DNA of 64,000 nucleotides from contig CM119372.1 in the NCBI GenBank assembly GCA_051294905.1, positions 24,430,001 to 24,494,000 of the forward strand, read 5' to 3'. How positions within the stretch are numbered: position 1 is the stretch's first letter; every line of letters begins with the position of its first letter. This document shows positions 1-12,199 of this stretch, one piece after another. A model generated the notes under the pieces. The model worked only from the letters and a program-made list of their open reading frames with translations. It ran no database searches and had not been told where the DNA came from. Made by a program: the position numbers and the translations under genes. The stretch comes from Botryllus schlosseri (taxonomy: Eukaryota).

Positions 1-1383
1 TCAAGCTCTGAGACTTTCTTGCGGTGCCATGTCCAGCACCCCTATATGCGTATTAGAGGCCTCGTGTAACGACATGCCCCTTTTTCTAAGGCACCAATAT
101 CTTTGTCTCAAGTACCGTTCCAAGATCAGAACACAACAATCAAACCCAGCACGCAGTTTATTGGAGGGTTCATGGGAGGAAATGTACAATCTACTCTCGG
201 ACCGATTTGTGACTTTCAATCTCTTATCCCGACTTCAAATATTGGATGATTTGCAAGTCAGAGGTGACCACCCTCTAACCATATGCCCTTGGTTATTGAA
301 ATGCGCTATGATTGATACATCATTACAAACAGCCCTCGGACGCGATCCACCAAGTCACCTTGTCGATGCTATATTCAGAGATTATATTTTTGAGCAATAC
401 CCAAACAGAATGCTAGTTTACACCGATGGATCTAAAAACATCAACGGTGCTGGGTACTCCTTCTACATCCCCGATCGCAATATAAGAACATCAAAAGTAT
501 GTTCGAAACTCCTATCAATCTTCTCGATTGAGCTGAAAGCAATATTCGATGCACTGATATGGATTTCAGAAAATTCCATCGAACGAGTTGCTATTCTGAG
601 TGACTCTTTGAGTGCATTGCTGTCGTTGAAAAACCATCTTGGTGAAAATAACTATATTACCAATCAAATATTAGAACTAACTCACCATCTCTTACATGAA
701 AGCCATAGAGATATTTCTTTCGTATGGATTCCAGGACACTGTGGTATTGAAGGGAACGAAGTCGCTGACCGACTTGCGAAAGAGGCTTCGGCCCATGACT
801 TGGCTGACCAAAGTGTAGATCTTACTTCTAGCGAGGCCAACTCATTGATTTTAGGTCGCTGTAGGCAAGACTGGAACCAACGTTTCATTGAAACCGCCTC
901 TGGAGCACATTTCAAACAGTTCTGCCCTGACATATACACAAAACTACCTACTTTTACCACGCCACGCCGTGCCGAAACCACCATTTTCAGATTACGCACC
1001 GGACACTGTCGTCTCAACTCCCATCTTAACAAAATTGGATGCTCCGATACCCCTGATTGTACCACATGCCATGTAGAAGAAACTGCAGAGCACGTTATTA
1101 TGGAGTGTGCAAAGTACGTTAATGAAAGATGCCAGTTTAGAGCTGCCGTAATGGACCTGAGAGTACCCTTCACCATGGAAAATGTAATAACAAGTGATTA
1201 TATATTACCTTTGCTGTGGGAATTCCTTGCGAAGACAAAAAGACAATACTAAATGTTTAGTTGACTGTATTTACTTATCGCAATATCGATTCGATTAGCA
1301 ACCGTTACGTCGTGACGCAAAAGACCATAGTTGTTATATGCGTCACTAAAATCGCTTTTAAATATAATAATAATAATAATAAT
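1..1383 (+). mobile_element. 3' end of a non-LTR retrotransposon with a short 3' UTR and (TAA)n tail
   Basis: ORF2 stops at 1252. A (TAA)n run follows at about 1365-1383. Confidence 0.88.
2..1252 (+). CDS. 3' part of a LINE ORF2: RT thumb, RNase H and C-terminal CCHC knuckle (RNase H-bearing I-group non-LTR retrotransposon), 5' end outside the window
   Basis: The frame is open from base 2 (QALRLSCGAMSSTP). RNase H motifs: VYTDGSK, ELKAI, SDSLSAL, WIPGHCGIEGNEVADRLAK. These are followed by FRLRTGHCRLN and CTTC-x8-HVIMEC. Confidence 0.93.
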   Translation, partial: QALRLSCGAMSSTPICVLEASCNDMPLFLRHQYLCLKYRSKIRTQQSNPARSLLEGSWEEMYNLLSDRFVTFNLLSRLQILDDLQVRGDHPLTICPWLLKCAMIDTSLQTALGRDPPSHLVDAIFRDYIFEQYPNRMLVYTDGSKNINGAGYSFYIPDRNIRTSKVCSKLLSIFSIELKAIFDALIWISENSIERVAILSDSLSALLSLKNHLGENNYITNQILELTHHLLHESHRDISFVWIPGHCGIEGNEVADRLAKEASAHDLADQSVDLTSSEANSLILGRCRQDWNQRFIETASGAHFKQFCPDIYTKLPTFTTPRRAETTIFRLRTGHCRLNSHLNKIGCSDTPDCTTCHVEETAEHVIMECAKYVNERCQFRAAVMDLRVPFTMENVITSDYILPLLWEFLAKTKRQY

Positions 1384-1806
1384 ATGAATCAAGCTCTCTA
1401 CACCTTCTGTATAGCTCCATTTGCAGCTTTTGACAGTTCAGGCGAACGAATTGAGATCGCTTTCACATCTACTCACTTACTTGAGTATATTTAAAATCAG
1501 TCAATTCTACTGGTACTTCAATTAGTTTTAGGTTGCTTATGAAAGAAGTACTTCTACTCATAATTGAGTAGATTTTTTCGTCGCTACTTCTACTTCTACT
1601 TGAGTAGCTTTCTTGACTACTTTGACCACCTCTGGTGTTTAACGGTATTGATACATGTATTGTTATCTACTCCTCGCGAAATCGGCTTCATATATGGAAC
1701 GACTATGTTACAGCCAATGTTATTCGTCGAGGTGAAACAATCCCTTATCCATGCATAACATGGACATTAGACATGTTTTAAAGCGCTCTTCCTCCTCCTA
1801 TTGCAG

Positions 1807-1860
1807 AATACGAGAATATTGCAGAAAATCTGGAGCAAATCAAAGAAATGAATTCTAATG
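1807..1860 (+). CDS. Candidate coiled-coil exon, probably of the intelectin-like gene
   Basis: ttgcag acceptor and gtgagt donor, phase 1-1. Translates YENIAENLEQIKEMNSN (heptad-like) and joins exon 8830-8904 in frame. Confidence 0.55.
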
Positions 1861-1944
1861 GTGAGTCTGCATGGACCATGACGCATACCCTCGCGAGATC
1901 GTGCATGCAGGATTATCTGGAGATTGATCTTCATTCCACAAGAC

Positions 1945-2755
1945 CAGGGGTTGGCAACCTGCGGCCGTATAGAAGGGAATTTGTGCGGCCGTGGACGTGG
2001 ACACGTAATTCAATAAGTATGTGTTGGTGGGCGCGACGTGTAAATTGACTTTACGAATTGACTCCCGCATATTTAAGAGATTTTGATTAATCTTGAAATT
2101 TTCTTCGCACTATGCGCGATTCAATGAGGCTTCAATTTTCTGTTTTAATATGGTTGCGGTCTTTTCAATCTGAGACCCACAGTACGGATGAGAGCAGCAG
2201 AGGGAAATTATGCACTCCATGTTGAAATACCAACTTGGAATCATGTTGTCCTCACGAAATAAATTTGTTTCGGGTATGTTTGGGCGATTCAATATCTCTC
2301 CAATATACCGGCAATCCCGATGAGAGGTCGAGAAATATCAGCATGCAACGCGACCAATAACAATTGGCCCACCCGAAAATGCATCACCATTTATAACTTG
2401 CCCTTCATTTTCGAAAACACTCCCTTCATCAACGATTCCTGTGAATCTGATCGCATGAGCTGGGAGTGGATAAATATTTGACAGTGATATCTGAAACTGC
2501 TAATATTATTGACGAGATTCATTCTTGAATCTAAATTTTTTTTCGCCCTTCACGCGTCCATAACCGATCCCGATTGCTGTTCATAACATGAACACTCGCG
2601 ATTTCAGTCTCTATAGTAAGCCGGTAAAGTAGATTAGTCTGGAGTTTACATGGGTATTTGACGTCCAGCTAGTTCATTACGTCTATAGCCTACCCTGAAG
2701 TGCGGCCGTAGGCTACATAAGAAATCGAAATAGCAAAAATGGTTGGCCACCCCTG
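1945..2755. mobile_element. hAT-type non-autonomous element, same family as 47844-48660
   Basis: CAGGGGTTGGCAACC...GGTTGGCCACCCCTG termini. The interior is collinear with 47844-48660. Confidence 0.75.
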
Positions 2756-3039
2756 TCTCCTGCACGAGACCCACGTTGCATCAAATATGAACGCTTAGTG
2801 CCAGTGGATCTCAAACTTTTTTAGACAGGCCCCCCTTTATGATATTGAAAGTATTCGCGCCACCCTTATCGTCATCTCACAAAATGCATCCAGAATGCTA
2901 GCAATCCCGACGGATAGTTTAATGGCATGGAAGTTTATGACTATTGATGAGAAAATTATTGAATATGAATTTCGGACTATACATGGCGCATGAACTATGA
3001 ATCGGAGTTCAATCCCGCGGAGCGCGAAAATGATCAGTT

Positions 3040-3928
3040 GTCCGCAGCTACAGTTGTCTACATTTCAGTGAAGTGATACGCACACGATAACTAGCGACGA
3101 CTCAGGCTACACTATGCCACAATGCTGAAGTACATGCTGACTTTTTAAGCGTCACCATACATATCAACTGGAGCAATCAAATGCTATAATAATCCAATAA
3201 AATCAATATATTCCGTTGCTTTGCCAACAATTTCGACGAGGACTTGCAAGGGAATATAAGCGTTCGCCTCAACGGTCTAGGCCTGACGGGTCAATGTGTT
3301 GGGCTTCTGACTATATTGCTACATTGATATTGTGCAAAGTGTAAAACAGGTTTCTATACTTGCTACCGATGTTACCTCATGAACAAAATATACAGCAGTA
3401 GACAACACCTCAATCGCACGGACTTGGTTTTTGAAACAATAAACATATCAAATCAAGGTGGATCTCGGATACGCCTACTAGATTTTTTACGGAAGACAAC
3501 GATGTATTCTTTATATCAATTTCATTGATTGGTTGAATATGCATCATTCGCTGACTCTCTACAAGTAGTGTTTTTCGTTCTTGATGTTGTGTGATTGCAG
3601 GTCAAGCTCACAGCAGCAGAGAGTCACTAGATATTCACAAACGGAAAGATGAATATTTCGAGCAAACTTTTGTAACAAAGCAAGAAAAATTTTTGAGATA
3701 GGCAAGGTGCATGGTCGGTTTTTTTTATCCTGTCAGCGCCATGCATAAAGCGGTCTGAGTTAAAATGCAAAGACTTTCAACCAAAGATGTTACAATGACG
3801 TGAAAAATTGTGACGTATGAAAAAGATTCACAGTGCAGAACCTACCAAGGTTCGTTTGTGAACATGAACCTCTAAATTTTTGAGGTTCACACACAGAACG
3901 CGAACGTGAACCTCACGTTCACACCATC
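3040..3928 (-). mobile_element. Partial inverted copy of the MITE-like family at 21799-22665
   Basis: Reverse-complement similarity to 21799-22550, including GAACC/GGTTC subterminal repeats. Its terminus is hit by the 3929-6255 insertion. Confidence 0.7.
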
Positions 3929-6255
3929 CATGTCTTTGGAGCCGGAGCCGGAGCCCGGAGCCCGGAGCCGGAGCCCCGGAGCCGTGCATTTTACCGGAGC
4001 TGGAGCCGGAGCCGGAGCTCTATATAAAATTCAACCGGAGCCGGAGCCGGAGCTGGAGCTAGTTATTTGAGGGGTAGCTCCGGCTCCGACGTGTTTCATA
4101 TGATGCTATTATATATGCAACAACCATATCTGCTGAGTTCACAAAATTCAACAGCAGGCCTTCGCGAAATTAAGAATCTTTACCTCTTTGGCGCTACCTT
4201 ATCCGACTAACCATGTTCCTGGGGATTTAACAGCAGAGCAGTCATATGTTCAATTTTCAATTTTCATACATGAATGCCGAACCTCGGTATGCTAGATATG
4301 CCTGTGAATATTGTGGGTATTCGGCATACCCGCAATTTCATCATCAGCACATCCTTGTTGGCCAATAGTACGGTTCGAAATAATGATCACTATGTATTAC
4401 GCGAAATTGGAGAGAGGATAAAAACGTGATTTCGTAGCACAATGCACATGTCGATATGACGAACACGAGCCGAGAAATTCCATCTCATTGTTGCTGTGAA
4501 TCGGATGAGCAAATACTCGTTCTTTCGTGATAGTTCGTTAATCGGGCCGCGAAATTGGACAGTGTTAGTGAGCATGCAATTATGCATGCGAATTGGAATT
4601 CCTTACTGCGCATGATCGTCATTCACTCGAGTAAGGATTTTCGAGCGTGAAGAGTCACCCAAAACGCCGTTACACTCAGCGAACAATTGTCGCAGTGCGA
4701 GCTACTCAATGCGATGTCAGCAGGACCCCAGGGTATTTATGTTGGAGACAAATTACTGATTTGATACGCGATTTCCAATTTGTAATCATCTTTTTCGTAT
4801 ATTCATTGTTGATGTCTGCTTGATACTCTAGTATTCCCGGATTATCGCTCACTGTGACTTGTAAATGTGCAATGTGCATTCTGCATAGTTTAATTCGTAA
4901 TGGGCATGGCGCAATGTGCGTGGCACGGTGTTTAATTCGATTATTCGATTCGTTTCAATGGGAAAATATTATAGTCCGATAAACTTGATCGACACCCGGT
5001 GGACTAGTAACGAGTGCACCAATATCGAACGTCAAACCATTGGCCATTTGGTACAAATCGAATTTTCATTGATGAGGTCGTGATCTCCGCCCATATTGCT
5101 ATTACTACAGTTACAGTTGAATAATAATCGCTTATTTAAAGATTGAATTGAGCTGTATGGCTTAATGGTAACGAGTGCAGTGCCAGTGTTAAAACGCCGC
5201 ATCAGAATTTTCATACCGTACACAGCAATGGCATGAAATAAAGTGAGTTCTGGAGCAACTATGATGTTGTTATCGACAATTGACAAGTATTCATTATGAC
5301 GTCACAAGCCGACACGGCGGCACCTGTGTCTTCGTTGCTGCATCCGATGTTGCTTATGGCTGACAGACTCTAGATTACTATAGATAACTAACATGCGGGT
5401 AAATTAGTAATCTATATAGACCAGGGGTGGCCAACCGTTTCGGCTAAAGGGCCACATGAAATTGTCGAACGAGTGCGCTGCCCACTAGGCGCGCCAGGCG
5501 CGTAAAATTTTCAAAGTTAATATTATTATTACTTGGGTAGGCTATATTGCGGGTCAACTGTATACCGCCCGCTGGGCTCAGTTTGCAAGGACAGGACTAT
5601 TCGGCATCTGGACATATCGATATCGAAGATTTCCGCTAATATACAACAGTCATTTCGTGCCTACATTTCATCGTCGACTATCTTTCTGCGAGCGCAAACG
5701 CGAAAAGACATTCTCTCGTAATTGCGAATATAGTTAGACTCAATCGGCTAAATCAGGCGCTTTTTCATTTTCAGGAGGGGGTAGGCTACAAAGCAAGAAA
5801 TCGTGTGACATTTAAACACTCGAAGCGTGGAGAAATATCTTACTACTCTTGTAATGTACGACGATTTACTTGAAATGTGACTGGACCCTGGATCTGCCAA
5901 TGCGTCAGAACTGATATTTTAGTCATCAACATCCCAAGTGTTGCGGCCAGACTAATCATATTTTTCGTTGGCCTTGCAAGTTCACAATCTGATCAATTCA
6001 ATTTCGATAATATAACAGGATTTCGATAATACAAGGGAATTAGCTCGCGGGCCACATATGGCCCACAGGCCGCGGGTTGCCCACCCCAGATATACGCAGG
6101 CACCTTCGATAGTTTACAGAGCCGGAGCCGGAGCTGGAGCCGGAGCAGTGGTAATAATGCGGATCCGGAGCTGGAGCCGGAGCTAGTGTATGATAGAAGA
6201 TAGCTCCGGAGCCGGAGCTGGAGCAATGCAAATTTACGGCTGCTCCAAAGCCCTG
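3929..6255. mobile_element. hAT-type non-autonomous element with (GGAGCC)n subterminal arrays, containing a nested element at about 5422-6088
   Basis: 8-bp TSD ACACCATC (3921-3928 and 6256-6263). Termini CATGTCTTTGGAG and CTCCAAAGCCCTG. Confidence 0.85.
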
Positions 6256-6699
6256 ACACCATCTAACCTGACACCATCTAACCCTGCACCTACTAACGTC
6301 CTATCGACAGCGTTTTTTTTTACATTTAATCGTTCGTACGTAACAGAAGTTGCTGCAGGTCTGTTAATATCCATCGATCAATCATTATTCATTGACAAAC
6401 AGGTGCAAACTGACAAGTTTCTGTATAGCTACAGCTTAATAATCTTTGTATAGCCACCAAGTAACGAATTACCGAAGCATGGAAATTTTGTTTTACCATA
6501 CTTGAGATGTTCCCTTCCACACCACACTTTCACATTTCCATATTATTTATCGAAATTTTGTCCGATACAAATGCCTCATAATTGGGGCAATTTTTTTTTA
6601 CCTAAGAAACGGAAGATTGAGACCCAAAATATCAACGTTTTGGCATTTTTTTGACCTTAAAAAACTTAATTTTTACCAAATTTTGACCTAAGGTATGCA

Positions 6700-7325
6700 A
6701 ATTTGGTGTTTCCCCACATAATGTTAGAATTGTACTACTTATCATCATTTCTGGTTCGAACTGTCTGTCCCAACGAAGTAGTTCGGCCTGAAAAAACTTT
6801 TTTGACCCAAAAACTGACAGTTCTTTCCATGAAAAAACTTGATTTGAACGAAGTCTGACCCCATGAAGAATTCCTGTAGTTACATCACGTATTATTGCAG
6901 AAATAATTAAAATCTGTTGTAGTACAACGAAAGATACTTTCCTACATTCTCGGGTAGAAAGTGTCTGTCCGTACCAAGTAGTTTGCCAGGAATGGAGAAA
7001 GAACGTTCAACAGTAGCAGTTGTTGGCTGGCAACACTGAAGTGGTGCGTGCGTACATTGCTGGTGTCACACCGTGTTGCTTCATTCTGGCAATGGTGTCT
7101 ACATCATTTTTCATAATTCGCGTCTGCATATAAGAACAATGCAATGCCCACGCAGTCTCGCTTCCGTTAGGATATTGCGGTACGTTGAGCATAGCACCAT
7201 GTCAACCTATTTGTGTCATTTGATTGTTTATTAGTCACAATAGGCAGACAGTGGACCGTCTACGACGGTAGGCCTCTAAAGTAGGCTACAAGCTGTAAAA
7301 TGTCAATTGCCAAGTTCCCCGACAG
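6700..7325 (-). mobile_element. Decayed DNA transposon fragment, same family as 46610-47230
   Basis: Shared sequence with 46610-47230. The minus strand encodes a remnant resembling a hAT-type C-terminus (ATVERSFS...ENV). Confidence 0.6.
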
Positions 7326-8829
7326 TGTTGTAAAACTTTTATGACTTTGTTTCCAATTTTGACATAAAAAATTGCCCGACTAATAATATTTCGAAGTACT
7401 CAGGAACATTTTGTCTATACTTACACTACTTAGACCAGTGGTTCTCAACTTTTTGTCTTCGCGGACCCCTTTTGGACCGTCATGGACCCCGCGGACCCCC
7501 GAAGTTTTAGATCCAATTTAGCTCAATTCTCGTGCAATCGTCATCTGTCTTGTGCAAATGATATATCTGTAGCCTAGTGATAAACAGCAACGAAATGGCT
7601 TTTCTTGAAAATAACATCATACTGTTTATGTATAGAAATTGGGTTGACGTTTATTATTTCAAAGTGAATCTCTCAACTGCCTATCATGAATCACGCGGTC
7701 ATCTCTTGACAATCCGCGCCTTCGATTTGATATGAACGAGTGCCGAAAATCCATTTTCACAAAGATAGGTGGTGGCGAATGTAATAATAATGCGTAACGC
7801 TTCCGACGACACATTTGGGTATGGTCGCTACAAATATGGCACCAAAATTGACAAAAAATTTTTTTAATGAACATAGAACGTTAAGCCTGGTCATTTCTAT
7901 CAAGCAGTTCATCTTGAAGATATCATGGAAAAATGGTTATGTATATCACAAGAGAAAATGGATATTTGTTTTTACATTTCGAAGTCACCGCGATTGCCCT
8001 TTCTAATCCAACCTATTATTTTTTCTAAAATCCCCAACAAAATATCTCAATTGAAAGTGATTTTTTGTATTGCCGATTTACTCCTTGATCCTCAAATAAC
8101 TCCTTATGTCGTTGAATTTGTGTTATCGTGCAACAGCAATTTATAACTTATGAGTTTATCATACTTTTATGGCATTTGTTTTGTGTTTTTGTGTAACCGC
8201 CTCATCATCGTGTTCTTGTGAAACCGCCTATTATGATCTCAGTGTTTTTCATATTTTTCCGCTATTCGTCATTATTCCTGCATATTGTTTTTGACCGTGG
8301 TGCAAAAGGCCGTCAGGCGATAAGCACCAAATCTTTTTGTTTAGTAAACAACAACAACAACATATGTATCAGTAGGCTATTGGTAATTAAGCAATTAAAA
8401 TGAGTCTGCACAGTAGGATATTTCATCTCAGACCCCCGGTTGGGAACGTTTGACTTAAGCCTATTCAAGTAGTTAGACTTAAGACGCATACACTATTTTC
8501 GGTTCATTAAGCTTAGTGTACTTACTTCAAGATTGATAGACGAAATACCAAAAATGGGGTGGCTTTACTATTCTTCGAAGTAGCAAAGAAATGTCTGTCT
8601 TGGCCGTCCTAGTCCCGAGTCATATGACTTGGTTCGAATCATGCACAATGACTCGAGTACAAGTCGAGTCAATACACAAATTGACTTGAATCGAGTCATT
8701 TAACGCATTTGAAGAAACGACTTGAGTCATTACAAGCCTGACTTCTTTTTTTACTTAATTGTAAATATCTGTTTCTATTTGTTTTGACCATAGAGATGAC
8801 TACATTTACGACTATTCTCTCTATTTTAG

Positions 8830-8904
8830 ATTCTGCTAAATTTGACATTGCAGTACGGAAATTGAACGATACAATATTGCAGTTGGAAGATGCAAGTGCT
8901 GAGA
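8830..8904 (+). CDS. Candidate coiled-coil exon, probably of the intelectin-like gene
   Basis: ctattttag acceptor and gtacgt donor, phase 1-1. Translates DSAKFDIAVRKLNDTILQLEDASAE (heptad-like). Confidence 0.55.
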
Positions 8905-11900
8905 GTACGTAAACGTCTAGTAAATTTATAGATTTAATTATTTTCTAGTGATGTTGATACAAGTATATGGGTCGTTTATAGATAGCCGAGTTCTCTAACA
9001 GATCCGGTGTTGATGACTGTGAGATATATAGGCCTGCTTAGTTAACAACATACCTTCTTCTAAACCAGTGGTTTTCAACCTTTTTGGCCATGGTTCAGTT
9101 TCCTGTTTGAAAATGTGGCCCAACTCTTAGCCCAGAGCCTAGTCCTTCTCAATGTGTAGAAATCACCGGCGCCCTATATGATTATATCTCTAAAACATGC
9201 GTTTTCTCTCTTACTATAATTCTAGGTCACCATCGATCCATTCATTCAATTAAGGGGTTTGGGGTGCGGAGGTTACGACCCTGGTAGCCCGTATAACTCG
9301 TGGGTACATTATACACTATATACAGCCGTCCGCTTTCCCATGCACGTCGGGAGACACGATGATCCCATTCCCGCATCCACGAACTCAGTTTGTGTTATTG
9401 GGGTTTGGGATCCACTATGGTTGGGAAATAAATATAACTGTGATAGCAGCGAAACGATTCTGGTCTACGTTCAAACAACTCTAAACGTGATTCCTGTGAA
9501 TGGGATAGGCCTACTACAGAGAAGTGGCGAAAAGTGGAGAAGCCAGAACATTCAATCCAATGAAACAATCAATTCATGAGACTCTTATGTTATGTACAAT
9601 GATTTCATGACAGGACATTTTTAAATCGACTCCAAAGATCATAATGCGTTGCGCTAAATCACCAATCCATTAGGATTCGTTTAGGGGTGCCGTATGCTTC
9701 CGCTGGAAGTTCGTAATTAATAATTATAACTGATTGCAGTTTTGGATGTTTTATGGTAAAATATTACGACTCACCGAAGAACTGTAAATATACATCAAAT
9801 TCACTTCGGTCCGACTTCGATGCACATCCTTTTGAACGGCAAACGACATATGACCGTGCTGGAACACTTGGTTACTTCAATTGAATAGTATATTCATTTT
9901 GAAATAAACCGAAATATTTTCGGCTGACACTCGTCAGGGGTAATCGTCAGCAAGTACAGTAGAGAATGATGGAAAAGAACATTGTATATGAAATATCATT
10001 GAATTCCACCTCACGTTTACACCATCCCTACATCATTGGCAGAAAATATGCCATTGCACTATCCCATTTTCGACTCGTACATTGTGAGTCCGCAAGTGAC
10101 ACTACGTCTCATCAGGGTCGGCTGAAAGGCTTGATGTAGGCTATCCTACCTAAAATATGACAATGTGAATATATGTTTTGGACCTCACATCACAATGCTT
10201 CTGTGGCACAATGGTCAACTGGCTGCAAACCCCTGTTCTAGAAAGACTGCTCTTGCAAAATGATATACCAGATCAAAATTGATGACCGTATTAGGGACTA
10301 ATTATTTGCAGGTACGCCAGCTAGATCATAATTTTTCGTCACATGCTATTGCTTGACGTAATTTCAGATTTCTGGTTTTTAACCAAACATGATCCTTGAG
10401 CTGTTAATCACCTAGCCAGGGGCGGGCAACTTCTCCAGTCGGCGGGCCGGATATATGAAAATTAAGCACTTGGCGGGCCGGATTGTTGTATCGACACATT
10501 ATTCGCCCATTTATCCACATATGCAAGGTGTATATCGTATTTAATGAATGTATGTTAACGACAGAAATGTCACTTCAAAGCCATTTCTCACCCATAATGA
10601 CGAAGACAATGTGGATTCGAGAACAGCATTATTGTCATACAGGCGCGCACACACGGTGCAATCACCAATTAAGATTTCAAGGCGTTCGATAAGCCCGGTA
10701 CCCCAAATTTACCAAGATATCATCAATTCATTAGTGCTGAGTAGATGACGAGATAGCGTCGTTGTTCAACTATGTGGCCTATTTTATCTCGATATTGAAT
10801 CCATGCGGACCGCGACTCCTACGACATTTGAAAGTGGCCCGCGACCCTTTCTGAGTTGGCGACCCCTGACATAAGCGGTGTATTACAAAACCCTAGAAGT
10901 GTGCCGTGCTACAAGTCGACGGCTACGGTATCAAAAGTAAGAAATATCGGCCTGGTGTAAATGACCATTGTAGTCGACAAACGCCATGATTACCACAAAC
11001 GATATTTGGGTTGAGTACATCGCAAATACCGATAATGCAAGTCTTCCCGCTTCAACAAACTTACGCGCAATATCCACTATCGCACGCTACGCAGTGCGCA
11101 TACATTTATATAATGAAATAACATACAGTCACTAAAATCTGACGTAGTAAGCAAATAGCGGGGAATCTCGGCAGACTGTAGCCGCGGGCCACATTATCGT
11201 ATAAGATGGAAAACTGTCCGCGGGCCGGACAAAATCACTTCGCGGGCCGTATGTTGCCCACCCCTGACCTTGGTCCTAGATTATCACGATACAGCGTCCT
11301 TGAGTAGTCTCTAAACTTCTAAATTTACCGAATCCCATCAGTCATTTCCATAAATCAGGTGAAATGAATGTCCTATATTTTATACACTGATAACTAGAGA
11401 TGGTCACCAAAGAAGTACTACTATTCTTTCGGAGTACCCAAGTACGATTTGCCTACTTTTCTTTTACATACTGAAGTGATTTTGATTTTAAACTACTTCT
11501 ATACTTCCCACTTTTATTTTTTGAGGCGAAACTGGGTCTGAAATACTTACTATTTTAGTCACGTGGGAACCGGTACTTTTACGTTTACACGAGTACCAGC
11601 GGTGACTACACTTTAACCGACTCCGCTTACAATCACGACGACATAAGAGAGTGTACTACCAGAGAGCTAAAACTTGTGCAATATGTTAGCCGTTTGCAAA
11701 CGCGAATCATGACATCTCACGGATTCGATGATGTCACAATCAGATTATTGTTATCGAAAAATACCGTGATTTCTTGACGTGCCCAACCGAGCCCCGATGA
11801 AGTCAAACTTCGCCTCATGGAAACATTACATCTCCCAAACTCTCCTATAAGGTAGGCCTACTGAGTGAGTAAGAACCGTAAAGTAGTGAATTGTAAAGCA

Positions 11901-12199
11901 ATTCCGATGCGTCGATCGACAATTGTGCGAAGGCTGATGCGAATTCTTGAAAATGTGCGGCCGTAGTTACGAAGTCATACTCAGATTACAATTGTCGGTT
12001 TTTCAATCTACAGAATTTAGGATTCTCGAGTCGACAACAAATCACCCTTCGACATGCAAAGAACTTAAGCGCAAGAACGTCGAAGTTAAAAATGGACTTT
12101 ACGTATTGCAAGATGTCGAGGTATCGAGATGTCTAGTTAACAGTTTTGATATTTTAGGCGAAACTAGGCCTAGAGCAACTGCTTCTACTTACTTGGAAG

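Noticed and set aside
5993..6262. Low-complexity ORFs (LRLQLRL, APAPAP, ITITIT, CVCVCV) here and at 15128 and 29414
   Set aside because: They are translations of simple repeats.
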